From an uncultured Lachnospiraceae bacterium (GTDB lineage: Bacteria > Bacillota > Clostridia > Lachnospirales > Lachnospiraceae): a stretch of DNA of 64,000 nt. The position numbers and the translations under genes were made by a program. This document shows, in pieces, positions 63,834-64,000 of this stretch (positions are counted from its first letter, which is position 1; each line of letters opens with the position of its first letter). The DNA is taken from positions 26,982 to 90,981 of the forward strand of contig CAMWLG010000001.1 in the NCBI GenBank assembly GCA_947175035.1. The letters are read 5' to 3'. The notes beneath the pieces were generated by a model. That model had not been told where the DNA came from, searched no databases, and was given only the letters and a program-made list of their open reading frames with translations.

Positions 63834-63891
63834 TTGACAATTTGGTTTACTTGATGTAAACTTACAATTAAGAGGTCTACATAGTGTAAAC
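63834..63891 (+). promoter_or_regulatory. Promoter with two palindromic operator-like sites
   Basis: TTGACA-17 nt-TAAACT; GTTTAC-N5-GTAAAC (63845-63861) and GTCTAC-N5-GTAAAC (63875-63891). Confidence 0.55.
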
Positions 63892-63973
63892 CTAAAGCCG
63901 TCAGACGGAAGGTGGATTTTCTAGAGATCAGTACATCTTCCAGGGACAGGATCGAAAAGATGAGGAGGAAAGT

Positions 63974-64000
63974 ATGGGAGATTTTAAACTTGCGGAGACA
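63974..64000 (+). CDS. Start of a CDS running off the window (MGDFKLAET...)
   Basis: SD GAGGAGG, then ATG at 63974. Confidence 0.5.

Noticed and set aside
53835-63900. DtxR/Fur box or dif-site interpretation of palindromes (e.g. 63871-63895, 61236-61258)
   Set aside because: Half-site spacing and sequence do not fit the DtxR (AGGT-N7-ACCT), Fur or XerC/D consensus.

Overview
Chromosomal window from an anaerobic Firmicute, probably Clostridia/Lachnospiraceae-like (inferred from the CIRCE-controlled groESL, a Spo0A C-domain protein and DUF4317/DUF4474-type genes). 1-41.1 kb is mostly host-like DNA (about 50% GC by eye). It holds an SPFH / NAD-kinase-like / NrtR cluster followed by a radical SAM-aspartyl-tRNA-synthetase-like fusion, a chemosensory cluster (hybrid kinases, cheR-cheB-cheY-like-cheA-cheW-MCP), PPi-type pfk, a bile salt hydrolase family gene, glgA, rqcH, groESL and eno. 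After eno (41.2-60.4 kb) is a largely AT-rich accessory region: an Rpn-family nuclease, a repeat surface protein, a non-specific endonuclease, and a long co-oriented array of small immunity-like genes with fusions, pseudogenes and an orphan toxin tip. The window ends with ferritin-like, MATE, HxlR and flavodoxin genes. The strongest candidates for undescribed biology are (1) the radical SAM + anticodon-less AspRS fusion at 3036-4856 and (2) two inverted copies of a covarying rod-like structured element at 32610-33123. Domain and family names come from motif recognition by eye, not from database searches.
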